Shown here: positions 42,109 to 56,703 of the stretch, in pieces
Position numbering within the stretch: position 1 is the first letter of the stretch
How the letters are laid out: every line of letters starts with the position of its first letter
Assembly (NCBI RefSeq): GCF_009914755.1
Contig: NC_060942.1
DNA from: the human T2T-CHM13v2.0 reference genome, Homo sapiens
Reading direction: 5' to 3' (one strand)
DNA length: 64,000 nucleotides
Position numbers and translations under genes: made by a program
The notes under the pieces: model-generated
Told to the model about the DNA's origin: nothing
The model's input: only the letters and a program-made list of their open reading frames with translations
Databases searched by the model: none

Positions 42109-43479
42109 AGGAATCGGGAGATAGAAATGCTCCAGACTCAGACTTTCAACCAATATTCCCTTGTTTTAACTCTGTTTATCACTCTACACTCCAACTTTCC
42201 AATTTTTCAAAGGTGACTAGCACTGTGAACTCTTATGCCTTTCTAGGCATTGGATATGAACATCTATTTGTTTCTGGCATCCTTTATTGAGGATACTGTT
42301 CAGTTTTACCCATTATATAATTACCATTTTTTCCAACATATTTTATTTTTTTATTAAAGTGTTCGCCCTTGTGAACATTATTTTCATTTATTAGAATATA
42401 TTTAATGGTGTTTCCCAAAGGAGATAAGATAAACACATGTGTTCACGTTGCTGTGTTTTAGCTAAAAATCATTTAATTCAAATTCAACTAGCTTTTTATT
42501 TATTTTCCATTGTTTAGTTTGTTTCATGGCATTGGTGGTAGTGAACATAATCATAATCCCAAAATATTTTACTTTGAGATTGGCTTGTCATTGATTTTGT
42601 GATGAAATAATATAGTAAAACCCAGTTATTATGCTAATATGAGAAAATGGAAAAATACCCAGAGTTGTCTGTTTAGTAATTATTTTTCAAAAAGTGCATG
42701 GTTTAAACAATTAATTTAATCTTAACTGAAGCCCCAAATAAATGCAATGATATTGTTTAAATAGCTTGTATTATGTAAATGTTGGTATTTAATTTTGTTG
42801 ATATTCAACTCCACTCTATGAAAACCTGGAAGGTAGGGGCTACAGCTAAGGACCTCAAGGTATGCATTAGTGTTAAGAAGAATGAAATGTATTAGTACAA
42901 CATGTAGCTCATTCTTCTTTTAATTTGTTTTTTCTAACTAACCAAGTATGTTTTCCCAAGGAACAAAGTGTGCTCATAATTGTCAAACGCTTCTTTGCAC
43001 CGGTTTACTTTGATTCTCCTGAATAGCATGGTATGGAGGAAATTTGGGCATCAAGGATTCTGGTTCTGACATTGTCACTAAGAAACCTATCACTTCAAAA
43101 AAATTACTAATTTCTTTAAAGTTGTTATTTTGTAATGGAGGAAAGATGATCACTCCTTGCAGCCTTCATTGAGGAGAATGAATAAAATATACTTGAACCT
43201 TCAGTTTTAAGTAAAAAAATAAGGCTTTCTAATAACTTAGGAATGTAAAATTTTGGAAACTTATTTCAAAGGTTTAAATAAATTTCTGACAGACTTTTTC
43301 ATCCTTGATGGCAATTTGTTTTTGGGAAAACTAGTTATGTCTCTTAGTTAAATAAAAGTAAAGCTATGGCATACGAGTTTTTTTGTAACTCCGTGAATAC
43401 GAAAGTTTTTTTTATTTTGAGGAGGGAACACATGCACTGAGGCTTCAGTGGGCAGAGGATAAGGAATTGAAGAGAATGG

Positions 43480-43945
43480 CAGAACACCTGTCCTACGTGA
43501 TTTGAACTCATATCCATTTCCGTCTTGCTATCTCCATAAGCGCGTCCCGTATACATCTCAATATTAACATGACTGCAGTTGAATTCCTGATACCACTTTC
43601 ATACTAATACCTTGTTAATGTATTATTAGTTAATGACATTAATGTATTATTAGTTAATGGCAACTCCAATCCTTTATTTGCTTAGAGGGGAAAAATTTGA
43701 AATCATTCTTGAGTTTTAACTTTTTTTTTTACAAACCGCATATCCAACCATTTGAACAATCTTCCTGATTTTAGTTTTAACAGATACCCAAAATCGGACC
43801 ACATTTCACCTCCTGCACTGCTCTTGCCTATTTGCAAACTACTGTCTTCTTTTACTTTCATTTGTGCAATTGCCTGCTAGCTTCTGCTGTTTCTACCTTG
43901 TCTCCTACAGTGTATTTCAAAATAGGAGCTGTCATGATCATTAAA
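43480..43945 (+). mobile_element. L2 fragment (continues at ~45550-45895 and ~46340-46530)
   Basis: catctcaatattaacatg; ttagttaatggcaactcc; tgaaatcattcttga; ctagcttctgctgtttctaccttg. Confidence 0.65.
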
Positions 43946-44464
43946 AAAAAAAGTACAGAGACTATAGAGTAGATTCTTTTTTCTCTGTTCCTCCCCAGTA
44001 GTCCAATTAGAACCCTGGAAATAACACAGAAGCATCCAAAGATTAAACCTGAAAGGGTGAAAGCTAAAGGGAATCGAATTAGGAACTCCAGGACTGGAAG
44101 AGCAGCATAACTACAGGGCATCCTATGACCTTACCTTATGTGTCTTACGCTTTTTCCCAACATGGAAGGTAACCAGGGTTCAACATCTGCAGACTTCCTC
44201 CACAACTTAGCAAAAGAAGGCAGCCTAGGTGGGCTCATTTCTCCCCAGGATCAAACAGAAGTCCTCCCAACAACATCAGGGAAACATTGCAGCCCTGTGG
44301 ATAAGCCCTCTCTTCAACTGAGTTTAAAACTCCCCTTCCATGCTGAGAGACACCAGGCAGCTGCGATTTACCAGCAAGGGAGAGGCTTCCAGGGAACAAG
44401 CATCTGGCCAGGGAAGTCTCTCTGCAAGGGTCAGCTGGAAGCTCGCTTCCCTGACTGGAGACAT

Positions 44465-44640
44465 CAGAGTGACTGCTGATGGGTATGAAGTTTCTTTGGG
44501 GGTGGAAAAATGATCTAAAATTAGCTTGTGGTGATGGTTGCACAACTCTGCGAAGATACAAAAAGCCACTGAATTGCTACTGTAAATGAATGAAGCTTAG
44601 CGTATGTGAATTATAGCTCAATAAACCTGTTTAAAAAAAC
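44465..44640 (+). mobile_element. L1MB 3' tip
   Basis: tgactgctgatgggtatgaagtttctttgggg...gtggtgatggttgcacaactctg...tgtgaattatagctcaataaa. Confidence 0.82.
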
Positions 44641-45548
44641 ACAATGACATATTAGCCTATCAAAATGGGTAAAAAACCAGTGATAACACCAAATGCTGCT
44701 GATAAACTGTGACTCATAAATTGACAGTGGGGATATAAAATGGTATAGCCACTCTGAAAACAGCTTGGCAGTTCCTTATAAAATTAAACATGCCTTTAAC
44801 CATATAGTCAGACAATTGGACTCTTGGGCCTTATTCCAAAGAAATTAAAATTCATGTTCACACACATGTCTGTAAATGAATGTTCATAGCAGCTTTGCTC
44901 ATATAGTCCCAAACTAGAAACCACCCAGATATGCTGCAATGGGTGAAGGATTAAACAAACTGAGGTGCGTCCACATAACAGAATATTATTCATCAATACA
45001 AAGGAACGAACTACTGATACATGTAACAACTTGGATGGATTTCAAGAAAATTATGCTGAGTAAAAAAAATCCAGCCTGAAAAATTTACATTCTGTAAGAT
45101 TCCATGTAAACAATATTTTTGAGTTGACAAAATGATATAAATGGAAAACAAATTAGTGGTTGCTGGGGTTGGGGAGAGGAATGGGTGAGGCATAATGAAG
45201 ATTGGTGTTCTTATAAAGGGATAGTACAAGGAATCCTTGGGGTGATGAAACTGTTCTATATCTTGGTTGTGATGCTGAATACCCAAACCTAAACATGTAA
45301 TAACATTACACAGAATGACACACAGCAATACACTCACATGAATAAGTGCAATGAAACTAGGAAAATAGAATAAGATCTGTGATTTTATGTGAGATATTAT
45401 CCTGGTCATGATACTATACCATAGCTTTGCAGGACGTTAATATTAGAAGAACTGGAAAAGGGAATACCAGATCTCTCTGTACTGTTTCCTACAACTGCAT
45501 GCTTATCTATTATTATCTGAAAAATACAAAGTTTAATCTTAAAAAATA
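44641..45548 (+). mobile_element. L1MC/L1MD 3' end
   Basis: aaatggtatagccactctgaaaacagcttggcagtt; ttcatagcagctttg; atctctctgtactgtttcctacaactgcatg. Confidence 0.85.
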
Positions 45549-45896
45549 AGTCAAATCTAAGTTATTTTTTTGGCTGAAAAAGCCCTAAATGGTTTCCCAT
45601 TTCACTTAGAATAAACAGCCATATCCTTGCAATGACCTAACAGAGCCCTCTATGGTCTGGCTCTATCTTCGCTCATGTTCTACTAATCACCTTCTTGTTT
45701 ACACAAGTGCAATGACTGTGGGCTCCTTGCTATTGCTCAAACAAATTAAATTTGCACAGCCTGTTATCTCTGATTGAAATGCTTTTCTTCCATATATTCA
45801 CATAACTGTTTTCTAATTGAAGCCTTTAATCAAATCTCACTATTCAATATGAACTATGCAAAATCATAATATTGAAATTACAACCTCCCCACTCCT

Positions 45897-46320
45897 TGTG
45901 TATAGGGCTTGCCTGTGGGATTCTCTTGCCACCCTCATCCCCCTTACTCATCCATTGCCATGGCAACCAACCATGTGCAGCTGTACACTAACAGCACTGC
46001 CCATCTGAACCTTTTTACTCTGGTGGTTGTTCTCCACTTCCTCATAAGATGCCAGCAGATCCCAACTCAACTGCACATGTGCAAGTTTGAATGTGCAGGA
46101 CATTACATCTCATGGACCACCCCTTGCAATGTGTGATGGAAGACAGTGGATGAGAATTTCCTTTCTCCATCCCGTATATGGACATAACTATTGAGAGGGC
46201 ACCTGTCAGATAGGGTTGGATTTCTTTTCTTCAAGGTCTTACCCTTCCCATTCCTTGGACACACTTGCCAAAATAAATGACTGCATGAAATCACTTAAAC
46301 TGGTTATCCTTTCTTAGGTA
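45897..46320 (-). mobile_element. Possible old ERVL LTR (LTR16-like) inside L2
   Basis: GC-richer TG-initiated block interrupting L2; remembered similarity only. Confidence 0.35.
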
Positions 46321-46534
46321 AAAATGGCTAAGAAGTCCTAGATCTCTCAATCCTCATCCAGGCCTAACTGTTTTTTCCATTTTGCTTTTCATATTCTAAT
46401 ACTAGATATGATTGACTGGCTTTTCATTTCAACCTCTATCTGCTTTTCTCTGCTAGAATGCAAGTTCCATGAGAGTAGAGATTTTTGTTTTGTTCATCAG
46501 TATATCCTAAGTATTTACAAAAGTGCCTGACATT

Positions 46535-46846
<312 letters not shown>

Positions 46847-48089
46847 TTACTTGTATTTGTTCAACAGAGTAACTAGATTTGAGCCTCTCATTTCTAAAGG
46901 AAGAGGACAGGTTTTTGATGAACATCCTTAAAAAATCTGACATGACTCTATGAATAAACAGCTACATCGAGGCTATAGTTATTAGGGGAGATACAGAATC
47001 GGGAAGAAGTCACGCACTGATGATGTTCTCCTGCAGGTCTTCTCTGGCACCATTGTTAGAACACCTGGAGACAACACATTTTATATGGATATTGGCATTC
47101 TCCAAATAGATGCGGGAACACATGGCCTCAAAGGGAGTCAGCAAAAGAAAATCGTGAAAAACTGGAAGTTGGCACAAGACAAGGGCAACAGAGATAATGG
47201 GATGTATTTGAGAGAGATGAAATCTAGTAAACAACCAGCATAGTAGTTCAAGACAATATGAAAGCAAATATGCTGTTGCTCTCATTCAGGTGAAGTATAA
47301 CTTCCCGAGTTTCGGTGGCAGTTTCAGAAAGTTACACCACTCTTCATTTTAAAGAAAGTGCTCACTTATTAATAGCCTCAATCAACTTGAACACCCCAAA
47401 ACCTGGGAATACATAAAAAGCTCCCTAACCAGTCAGAGAAAGAGATTTTATCCAAGATTCAAAAATAACAGAAAGTGAACGTGATTGCTAAATTTTTCAA
47501 CCTTAGGAAAGAAATGTTCTCACAGACCAGCGACTATCTGTGGTAAAATAAACAGGGTATTCGAAACTCCAAGGGAAAGAAAGACACAGGCAAGGAAGAA
47601 GAGAGGGATGGAGAGCCAAGGCGAGAAGGGCTAACAGCATTGGCTGGGAAAACAACCAGACATACAGGAAGAAGCTAGATAACCATTTGTTAGAAGCTCA
47701 TGACTGAGATAAGGAAAAATAACAACAGAAAAGGTCAAGAGAGAGGAGAAAGCAAAAAAGTTAAACGAGAGTGGCCTTCGGGTGGCCCCCAGGGAAAGTG
47801 GCATTGAAGGATAGCACTCTTCCATTTTCCTGTCAATATCAATGTTTCCCATCAATATCCAGTTCGTATTCTAAACGTGAAGAGAGATTGCTGTTGGAGA
47901 ATAATGTTGAGGTTGTGGAGAGTGGCCAGGAAAGGACACGCTAAGTAAATTCTCATCTCAGGAACCTGAGGGCTACTCGCATTTCTGGGGGGCTGAGGCT
48001 GGAGGCCTGCCTGCCTGGAGACTGATGCAGAGTGGAGCCTTCCCTGAGCTACTGAGACAAATGGCAACATGCTGAGTTCATTCCTTGTT

Positions 48090-48450
48090 TCCCTGTTGCA
48101 TGCCGACCAAATCCAAACTTCTTTGTCCTTCACTGCCCTCTGTGGTTTGGCTCTAACCTGTATTTTCAAAACTAACTCCTACTCTTTTCTTAAAGTTACC
48201 TTAAGATTTTGCCTGACAATCAACTGACCATTCCCAGAATAAAGTCAATACTTCCCTTGTTAGTGTTGTGTTCATAGAATTCCTGTGCCAAATGAAATAT
48301 TTTCCCCAATGGTCTCTCTCTACCAAAATTGTAGCTTCCCCTTGAAGGCCAGGGCCAATGGCATGAAGCATCTGTCCTGAACACTCAGCTGGAAGTGCTC
48401 TGATCATTGTCCAAGTGTCTTTCGCACTCTATTTGCCTCCTGAATGTGGA
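48090..48450 (+). mobile_element. L2 3' fragment
   Basis: tccaaacttctttgtcctt...ctctgtggtttggct; ttgaaggccagggcca...tatttgcctcctgaatg. Confidence 0.5.
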
Positions 48451-51324
48451 ACTCCTTACAGATGATTTTTGTGATTATTTGGGAATGTCTTTTTATATTT
48501 ATTATATTATTAGCTCCTTGAAAGCAAAATTATGCAATTTACTTCTCAAAAACTTAGAGATCCTTTATTATCATCTGCCAGGCTTTCATCTTTGTAAATT
48601 CACAGTTTTCTGCCTTTAAACTAGATTGTCATTTTGGGAGGAAATATTCTGATATTATGTCATGGAACAGACGAGCATTATCAATGGATGCTAAGACTGG
48701 TAAGTGAACAAATGATAAAGCAGAGAATCATTCCACAATATCAGGATATTTCATCCCAAAATGGTAACCTAGTAAATGAAGAAAAATGATGAATTTACAT
48801 TGATAGATACCAACTTGACCAGGTTATCAATTTTAATATAACATAATTTGACATTGGTAAATACTATCATATTTCAACTATATATGCTAGTTATCCATTA
48901 CTAATTTGATGATGTAGCTCACCATTTTAGTCAAATGTTTGCCACTGCGCTGCACACTGACATCAGAAAGCTTAAAATCAGAGGTGAACATTTATATCCT
49001 GTGAGATAGAAAACTGGTGTGTGTCCACGTTTGCATGTTTTCATCTGTTTACAGAAAGTACACAGTGTGATGACCGCACTTAAAATTGATGGTAAAAGTA
49101 ATTTTTTTAAAAACCCAGAAGTTTATGTTTCTCTTAACATGTTAATTACTAAGTAGCATGTTATTATAGTTACTACCTCGGTTAGCAGAGCACCTGTAAT
49201 ATGAACAGATGACTGTGTATTCAGGGTAGCAGGACCTATGACAGTATTCCTCATGTTTTTGTGATTGAACGTAGTGCAGAAATCCTCAGGAATATATATA
49301 TACACTTTTAAGTTTATATGTCAGCTATGCAAGAAAGACAAACTTTGATTGTTATCCTACAAAAAATTCCATTGAAGAACCTAAGTTCATGCTTCACAGG
49401 ATTACTTTTCTTCACATCTGTGGAAAAACACATTGGCTTCCAGTGCACAAGCCTGCATTGCTTTCTCTAACTCCACCACCCTTTTTTCTCTTTTCCTCCT
49501 GCTGCTTCATTGACTTACATTTTCTATTATTCTGCTATGATTTTCCATGACTTCCATGGAAAAGCATTTCAGTGGCTTGCTAACACTGTCCTCAGCTACC
49601 CTGAAGTGCACAAACTTGCTCTGCTTCATTTTTTCCCACCTATCATTTCTGAGAAAGTGAAAGATAAATACAACCAGATTAGTGATATTCCATTCTTTTT
49701 TAATGTGGTTTGCCCTCATAATTTTTGTTGATGTACTATTACTTATGAGCTCTGTTTTATAAATTTTGTTCAATTATCTACCAAGCAATATCCATATCCC
49801 TTGTCTTTAAATATTTGTAATGATAATGAAATCTGATAACTACATTCCAGTAAAGTCTCAAAAGAAGGAAAGTCATGGGAGATGTTAACGTGTTAATCTT
49901 GTTTAAGCATAGCAAGTAATTAGGCTATCTTCAGCTTAGATTGGATAATCCCATTAATCAATTTTTCTTAGCTGGGTCTGTACTATTATCCTTCCATATT
50001 AAGAAGTTTGGGAAATATGACATAATCATCTCAAGAAGTTGCAAATGAAGAAGTTTTCATTTTGTCAATAGAAGAGCTAACATTATATGTGTGTAACAAA
50101 CTTACAAAAAAAGTAAAGACAAATAAAAAGCAAATGTCAATTTCCTTACCTTTTATGGTAAGAGTTTATTATCCCAACAGATTACCCATATTTGTAAGTT
50201 ATTCAATTTATTATTATAGATATTCCTTATATTTGAATGAAATACTGTCCAGCTTAAGCATATAATTAAAAAACAAATTTTTCTCTATAATTTTTGAATA
50301 CTTTGACTACATCTGCACACATATGTCAATGTACAATTAAATAGCACTGATACATATTTATTTCTAATTATGTAATATGTAACTATATTACATAAATTTA
50401 CTATACAGTATATAAGATTTAATATATTAATATATTAATGCATGTGTGAGTGTATGTATACAACAGATTATATTTAATACATTTTAAACACAAAAGGGAC
50501 CTCAGAGTCTAATAACTGATATGCCACCAAGACTCAGAAGGAAACAGAATTCCTCATTTTGTCTCCATCACTCTGTCAGCTTGTCTCTTATTCTTGTTCT
50601 CTCTCCTGTTTGTCGTCTATCTAACTTACGTGCATTCTCTGCCTCCCTTTCCCACCTGTCTTTTCTTCTCTCTGTTCATTGGGGAAAGCGTGCCCAGTTA
50701 GTCTGTTTCTTCAGTTGCAACTCACATTTCTTCAGTTGTAACATGAAACGGAGTCTGATGAGCTTCCTTTAACCCTGCTTCCAATTTCCCTGAAGAGAAA
50801 ATTTACCTTGTCCAGCTGGAATTAGTGCACCAGTTTTTTCCAATAAACTGAAGTTAGTGAGGGGTAGTTTTACAGAGGATCAGCAAAGCTCTTGTTTGTC
50901 ACCTGGGAAAGCCCTTTGTGTGCAGGGCTCAGACTGAGTGGATCCCCAAAAGCATCCAAGTCAGTTCATCTACATGAACTGACTTTTCTCTGCGTTGAAG
51001 TATTTTTGTGTTATGCCAACAGCAGACAACACAATTATTCTGTTGAAATTATTGCTGTCTTAAAAGTCTTGAGTTGTTCATTTTTCTATTAGTATACTAA
51101 TAGTGGTTCTTTCAAATTCAAATTTCTGAAAATAATTTTATGAAATTCTGGACGAAATTTTCTCTCTTTCTCAGTATATTTTATTTTAAAACCATTTCTT
51201 TACTTTTACATTATCCTTAAGACCTGTTTTGCAATTTTGGGGACTTTTTAGTCTTCTAGACTGTATTTTTCTTGTACTTACCGTTAATATCAACAAGAAA
51301 AATAATAAGAACTTTAAAAACTGT

Positions 51325-51555
51325 ATTTGCTAAATTTTTACCCCATGCCAGGCAGTGGTCTCCATGCTTTCTCTGTGTTAATTAATTTAATTAGTACAAC
51401 ATTGTGGGTTGGATGAAATTATTATCTCTTAAAGAAAATTTCTTTTCATATGATCTTACTGTGAATATAGGTTTCCACTGATTTCTCAAATCTACTGAAC
51501 TTATAGAGTTCTGTATCAGAGGCCATATAATAAATCCTAGTGTTTTCTCCAAACC
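51325..51555 (-). mobile_element. MIR fragment
   Basis: ccatgccaggcagtgg..tccatgctt...ttaatttaat...acaacattgtgggttgg..attattatc. Confidence 0.55.
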
Positions 51556-52799
51556 AGTATAAAAAAAAGCAATGTTCAATTTCATAGTTGAGCTGTTTGG
51601 TATTGAAGGTAATGTACTGAAAGTCCTAGGGGACAAAAACTAGCATGTCTTTCTGTGTTCAAGCTTTGCTACATGGCATAATATTTATAATTACAAGAAT
51701 TTGAAGACTTAGAACACAATCATTTTATTTTCATTGACCACTGCTATTTTGTTGCTCTGCTATCCAAGTTATTTTTCCACTTCAAGAGATCAATGAATAT
51801 TTTCACTAGGGCCCATGGTAGGGCAGAAGGAACAGTCTGTCAGATTATTCTCTCTGGGTCAAAAATTTATTCCATCTTGTTATAAAGTTCCGGTGGTCAA
51901 ATCTAACTTCTCTGTCAATACAAAAGCCAAGAGAGTTTGGCTTCATACAAAAAAGCCAAAATTAAAACTTCTTAAAATTAATGAAGTGTCCTAAAGGGGA
52001 AAAATAGGGGAAAAATCTTTTTTCTTCTCTTTTATTGAACAACCAGTTAAAACTAGTTCAGATATTAACAGACACTAAAATTAAGCATTCAAAACAGAAA
52101 CTCTTCCTGAGACCCGCAGGTTTCTTGGTTAATAGATTGTGCAATTTCAGGCCATTTTTATTCCTATATAATTTAGCTTTATTATTATGTTTAAAATGTG
52201 AGAATTTGGAAAAGTTAGTAAAAAGAAAAAATAATGAAAGCACTCTCTTTCTGTGATGGGGTCAGGGAAGATTGTGGCGTACTAAGGTAAACATTGTCAA
52301 ATAATAATACTGCTCTTTGATTGATGCAGTTTTAAGCTTGAGTACAGAATTGGTGTTTTGTTCTGTTGCTTATTCAAAATAATAACAATACTCTCAGCAT
52401 ATTTTCAACTGAACAGGAATGACATATCCTTTCCATATAACACAAGAGCAAAGTCCTTGCAATGATTATCTAGCATGTACAGTTCATTCTATTCACTGTC
52501 TACGGTTGATTAAAGGTATCAGACTTGTTAAGTTATGGATCAACTTTATCTATCTGTCTATCTATTTATCTATGAGTAGTGATGCAAAACTTTATTCCAG
52601 AAAGACAAGTAGCCTCAGTAATTGTGGTTTGTGGCCCCATTGATATTAATCAGTTTTTTTCCCCAGTCATGTTCAGCAATCTTGTTCTTCTATAAAAACC
52701 CAACTTTTAAAAATATTCTTTGAGCTTATTAGAGCATTTTGCTTATTCCATCCATTAAGTAGTTGAAATGTATTAATGAGTTGAAAGAGATTATATTTT

Positions 52800-53117
52800 G
52801 GCCAGGTGTGGTGGCTTATGCCTTTAACCCCAGCCACTTTGGGAGGGCGAGGTGGGTGGATCATTTGAGGCCAGGAGTTTGAGACCAGCCTGGCCAACAT
52901 GGTGAAACCCTGCCTCTACTAAAAATACAAATAAATAAATAAATAATTAAAAAATAAAATTAACTGGGCATGGTGGTGGCCGCCTGTAATCCTGGCTACT
53001 TAGGAGGCTGAGGCGGGAGAATCACTTGAACAGAGTAGGAGAAGGTTGCAGTCAGCCGAGATCGTGCCACTGCACTGAGCAACAGAATGAGACTCCGTCT
53101 CCAAAAATAAATAAAAA
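52800..53117 (+). mobile_element. Alu (AluSz-like) with (AAAT)n middle tract
   Basis: ggatcatttgaggccaggagtttgagacc. Small right-arm deletion (cactgcactgagcaacag). aaagaga flanks both ends. Confidence 0.95.
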
Positions 53118-54523
53118 GAGACAATTTTTATTTTGCTTTATTTTATTTATGGTCTGATTCTTTGATGATCTCCAATGGCAAATAAGTGATGGAGGTTCTT
53201 TGGTAGGTGAGGCAGGACAGAAAAGCTAGTTTGCTAGTTTTTGTGTTAGTTTATGTATCTGTTTACTTGTGAGCTCAAATCAATTAAGAAATCCATGCTG
53301 ATTGGAAAGGAGAACAGCTCTTTGAGATCTGAACCAGTGCTTTCTGCGTTTTCTTTATCCCTTTTTAATGTATGCATTTATTTTTAGTAAGATCTTATTT
53401 TCATTGAATATAAAAGATTTATTTTACACGCACAGTGTTGAGTTTGGTAATTGAACACAATCATGCAGTTATTCCAGTAACCAGGGGATCAGTCCAGTTT
53501 CCTCACTCTTACTCTAAAATGTCTCTTTGCTTCATTTTGCAGCTGATCTATACTCCCTACCCCTGGATTTAGGAAACTACTGACCTACTTTCTGTTATAG
53601 ACTCTTTTCCTCTAGAATTTCGTATAAATGCAATCATACTATACATAGTCTTTTGTGTTTGTCTTTTTTCTATTAGCATAATGTTGTTTTATGTATTAAT
53701 ATTTATCTATAGTTATGAATATTACATTATATTGAAAAACTCCAACAAATTCATCTTTTAATGAGAACATAGTTTATTTTCTCTTGGGTAAAATTTTAAA
53801 AGAGGGATCTTTTGGTCACATAGAAAGTGTATGATGAATTTTGTAAGACCTTGGTGTACTGTTTTCCAAAGTGGCTGTAACGTTCTTCGTCTGCACATGG
53901 ACTATATCACATCCCCAGGTGCTCTGCACCCTCACCAATTTTTGGTATTGCCAATTTTTTCACCTGTAGCAGTTCTAATGATTGAGAGTGTATCATATGG
54001 AGGTTTACTTTGCATGTCTCTGATCACGAATGATGTTTAACATCTATTCATGTGCCTGTTGGCACTTGTATATTTGTTATCCGGAATGGTTGTTGAAATA
54101 TTTAGAACCTTTTTTTCATATAGGTTGTCTTACTATTTAACTGCAATCGTTCTTCGTATTTGCAAGATAGTAGCCTTTTATAACCTGATGTATGTTCCAC
54201 ACGTTTGTCTTTAGTCGGCCTTTGCCTCTTAAGTTTTCTTAATTCTGAATTTCAAAAAGAAAGGGTGGTTTTTAAATATTTATTAAACACATTGTAAACA
54301 TTTTTTTCTTTTATGGTTTATTTTGAAAAGTCTTGTAGAAGAAATTATGATCTAAACCAATGTTAGGTAAAGTTTAATGGGTTAGCTCTTCCATCTAGTT
54401 CTAGGAAACATTTTGAGTTATTTTATGAGTATGTTCGTATGTATGGTGTGAGGTCAATGTTTTTTCCATGTTATTTGTTTTTAACAGATACACAGTTGTT
54501 CCAGGAATATTTGATTAAAAGGC

Positions 54524-55066
54524 TGTATTAGTCAGCGTTCTCTAGAAGGGCAGGACTAATAGGATAGATGTATATATGAAAAGGAGCTTGAAAAAGAGTA
54601 TTGACTCACATGATCACAAGGTGGAGTCCCACAATAGGCCCTCTGCAAGCTGAGGAGCAAGGAAGTTAGTTCTGGTTCCAAAACCTCAAAAGTAGGGAAG
54701 CTAAGAGTGCAGCCTTTAATCTGTGGCCAAAGGCCTGAAAGCCGCTGGCAAACCAGTGGCATAGGTCCAAGAGCGCAAGAATTGAAGAATTTGGAGTCTG
54801 ATTTTGGAGGGCAGGAAGCATCCAGCATGGGAGAAAGATGTAGGCCAGAAGACTGAGGCCAGTCTAGTCCTTCCATGTTCCTCTGCCTGCTTTTATCCAG
54901 CTGCAATGGCAGCTCATTAGAAGGTGCCAGGGTGGGTTTACCTCTCCCAGTCCACTGACTCAAATGTTAATCTCCTTTGGCAAGGCCCTCACAGGCAGAC
55001 ACACCCAGGAACAATACTTTGCATCCTTCAATCCAATCAACTTAATACTCAATATTAACCATAACA
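54524..55066 (-). mobile_element. HERVL solo LTR, MLT2A2-like
   Basis: tgtattagtcagcgttctctaga...aacaatactttgcatccttcaatccaatcaa...aatattaaccataaca; ~543 bp. Confidence 0.92.
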
Positions 55067-56654
55067 GACTACCTTTTCCCGTTTAATGACCTTGGCATAT
55101 TTGTCAAGAATCCTTTGGCCATATAAGTAGCAGTTGATTTTTGGAATTCCCCGTATGTTTCATTGATCTAAAGGTTAATCTTTATATCAATACAGTATTT
55201 TGATATGTATAAATTTATACTGTTTTCAAATAAAGTTATATAAGCTCCCTACACATGTTTTCCTTGTTCACAATTATTTATCCATTATAACCCTTCTGCC
55301 TTTTATTTAAATTTTAAAATCAGAGTGTCTGTTTCTTCACAAAATAGTTTTGTGAATTTTGATTGATAGTACATTTAATCTTTAGATTGATTTAGGGAGG
55401 ATTATTATGTGATACACTTCACAGTATTTGATATTTTTATGTTGAGTGATTAAAAAAATTCATTAAATATATTTCTGAGTGTTTCACGCCAGTGTTACTA
55501 AGCACATTGATGCTATTAGAAATGGAAAATAATTTTTACACTTTACTTTTTTATTTTTAGTAGATAAATACAGGATTGAGGTTTGCATGTGTACCTTGCA
55601 CCTTGCAGCCGTAAAAAATTCACTTATTTCTAGACAATTTTTTTTTATTCTTTAGGATTTTCTACATGTCTTAGAACAATCATATTTCTTTTCAATTTTT
55701 TCATTGTTTGTCTTATTTTGCTTTGTTTAATCATTTTGGCTAGAAACTCCAGAACCATGTTAAATGCAAGTGATATTAAAAACCTTTATTTTCCCTATTT
55801 AGTCAAAAACCATTAAGGCTTTTAAGCATGACACCAGCTGTAAGTTTCTGGCTAATGAGTTTGAAGAATGTGTCTTCTATTCCTACCTTATTAACAATTT
55901 CTATCATGAAAGTGACAGATTTTATCAAATACTTATTCTGCATCTATTAAAATGGTCACATTTTCTCCTTTATTAATATCCTATTTATATTCTAGATTAA
56001 TGTTAGCATATAATGAGTTACAAAGTGTTCTTTCAAATTCTTATTTCTGAAAGATTTTGTTAGAAATGTTCTAATTTATCCTTTAAATATTATAGAATTC
56101 ACCAGTGAAGGCATGTTTCTTTGTGAAAAGTTTTAAAATGTGAAATCAAATCTTTTAATTTACATAGATGTATTAATATTACCTTTTTCATCTTGAGTGA
56201 CTTTTGATAGTTTGTTTCTTTCAAGGAATGTATTTCAAAGAATTTTCCTAATTTATTGTCATAGTGTTGCTTCAGATATTTTCTTCTTATCCTATTTAAA
56301 TATCCGCAGTGCCTGTATTGATGTCTCCTCCCTCATTTCTGATATTTGTAATCAGTTTCTTCCTTTTTCTTGATCAGTTTGTCTGTAAGTTTGTCTACTT
56401 CATTGATAATATCAAAGAACCAAATTTTGGTTTCATTAAATTCACTGTTTTTTGATGGCCAGAAAATTAAATTATGATTAGTTTTATTGATATTGATACT
56501 TTTTTTCTGCTTTGTTTAGGTTTTGTGTTATCTTCTTTTTCTAGTTTCCTAAGGTGAGGGCTTAGACCATTTATTTGCAACGTTTTTTCTATTTTAACAT
56601 AGATGTTTAATGTTAGGCATTTTCCTCTAAGCACTACTTAGAATTCTGAGCTAG

Positions 56655-56657
<3 letters not shown>

Positions 56658-56702
<45 letters not shown>
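56658..56702. repeat. (TG)~22 microsatellite
   Basis: Seen directly. Confidence 0.97.

Positions 56703-56703
<1 letters not shown>

Noticed and set aside
44138-44569. Three overlapping ORFs of 81-113 aa
   Set aside because: They lie in GC-richer, probably L1M 5' UTR-like sequence and an L1MB tip; no recognisable domain.
47770-47792. CTCF-like tggccttcgggtggccc
   Set aside because: Several mismatches in the core CCASYAGRKGGC.
50420-50439. Palindromic ttaatatattaatatattaa
   Set aside because: A/T-only low complexity; expected by chance.
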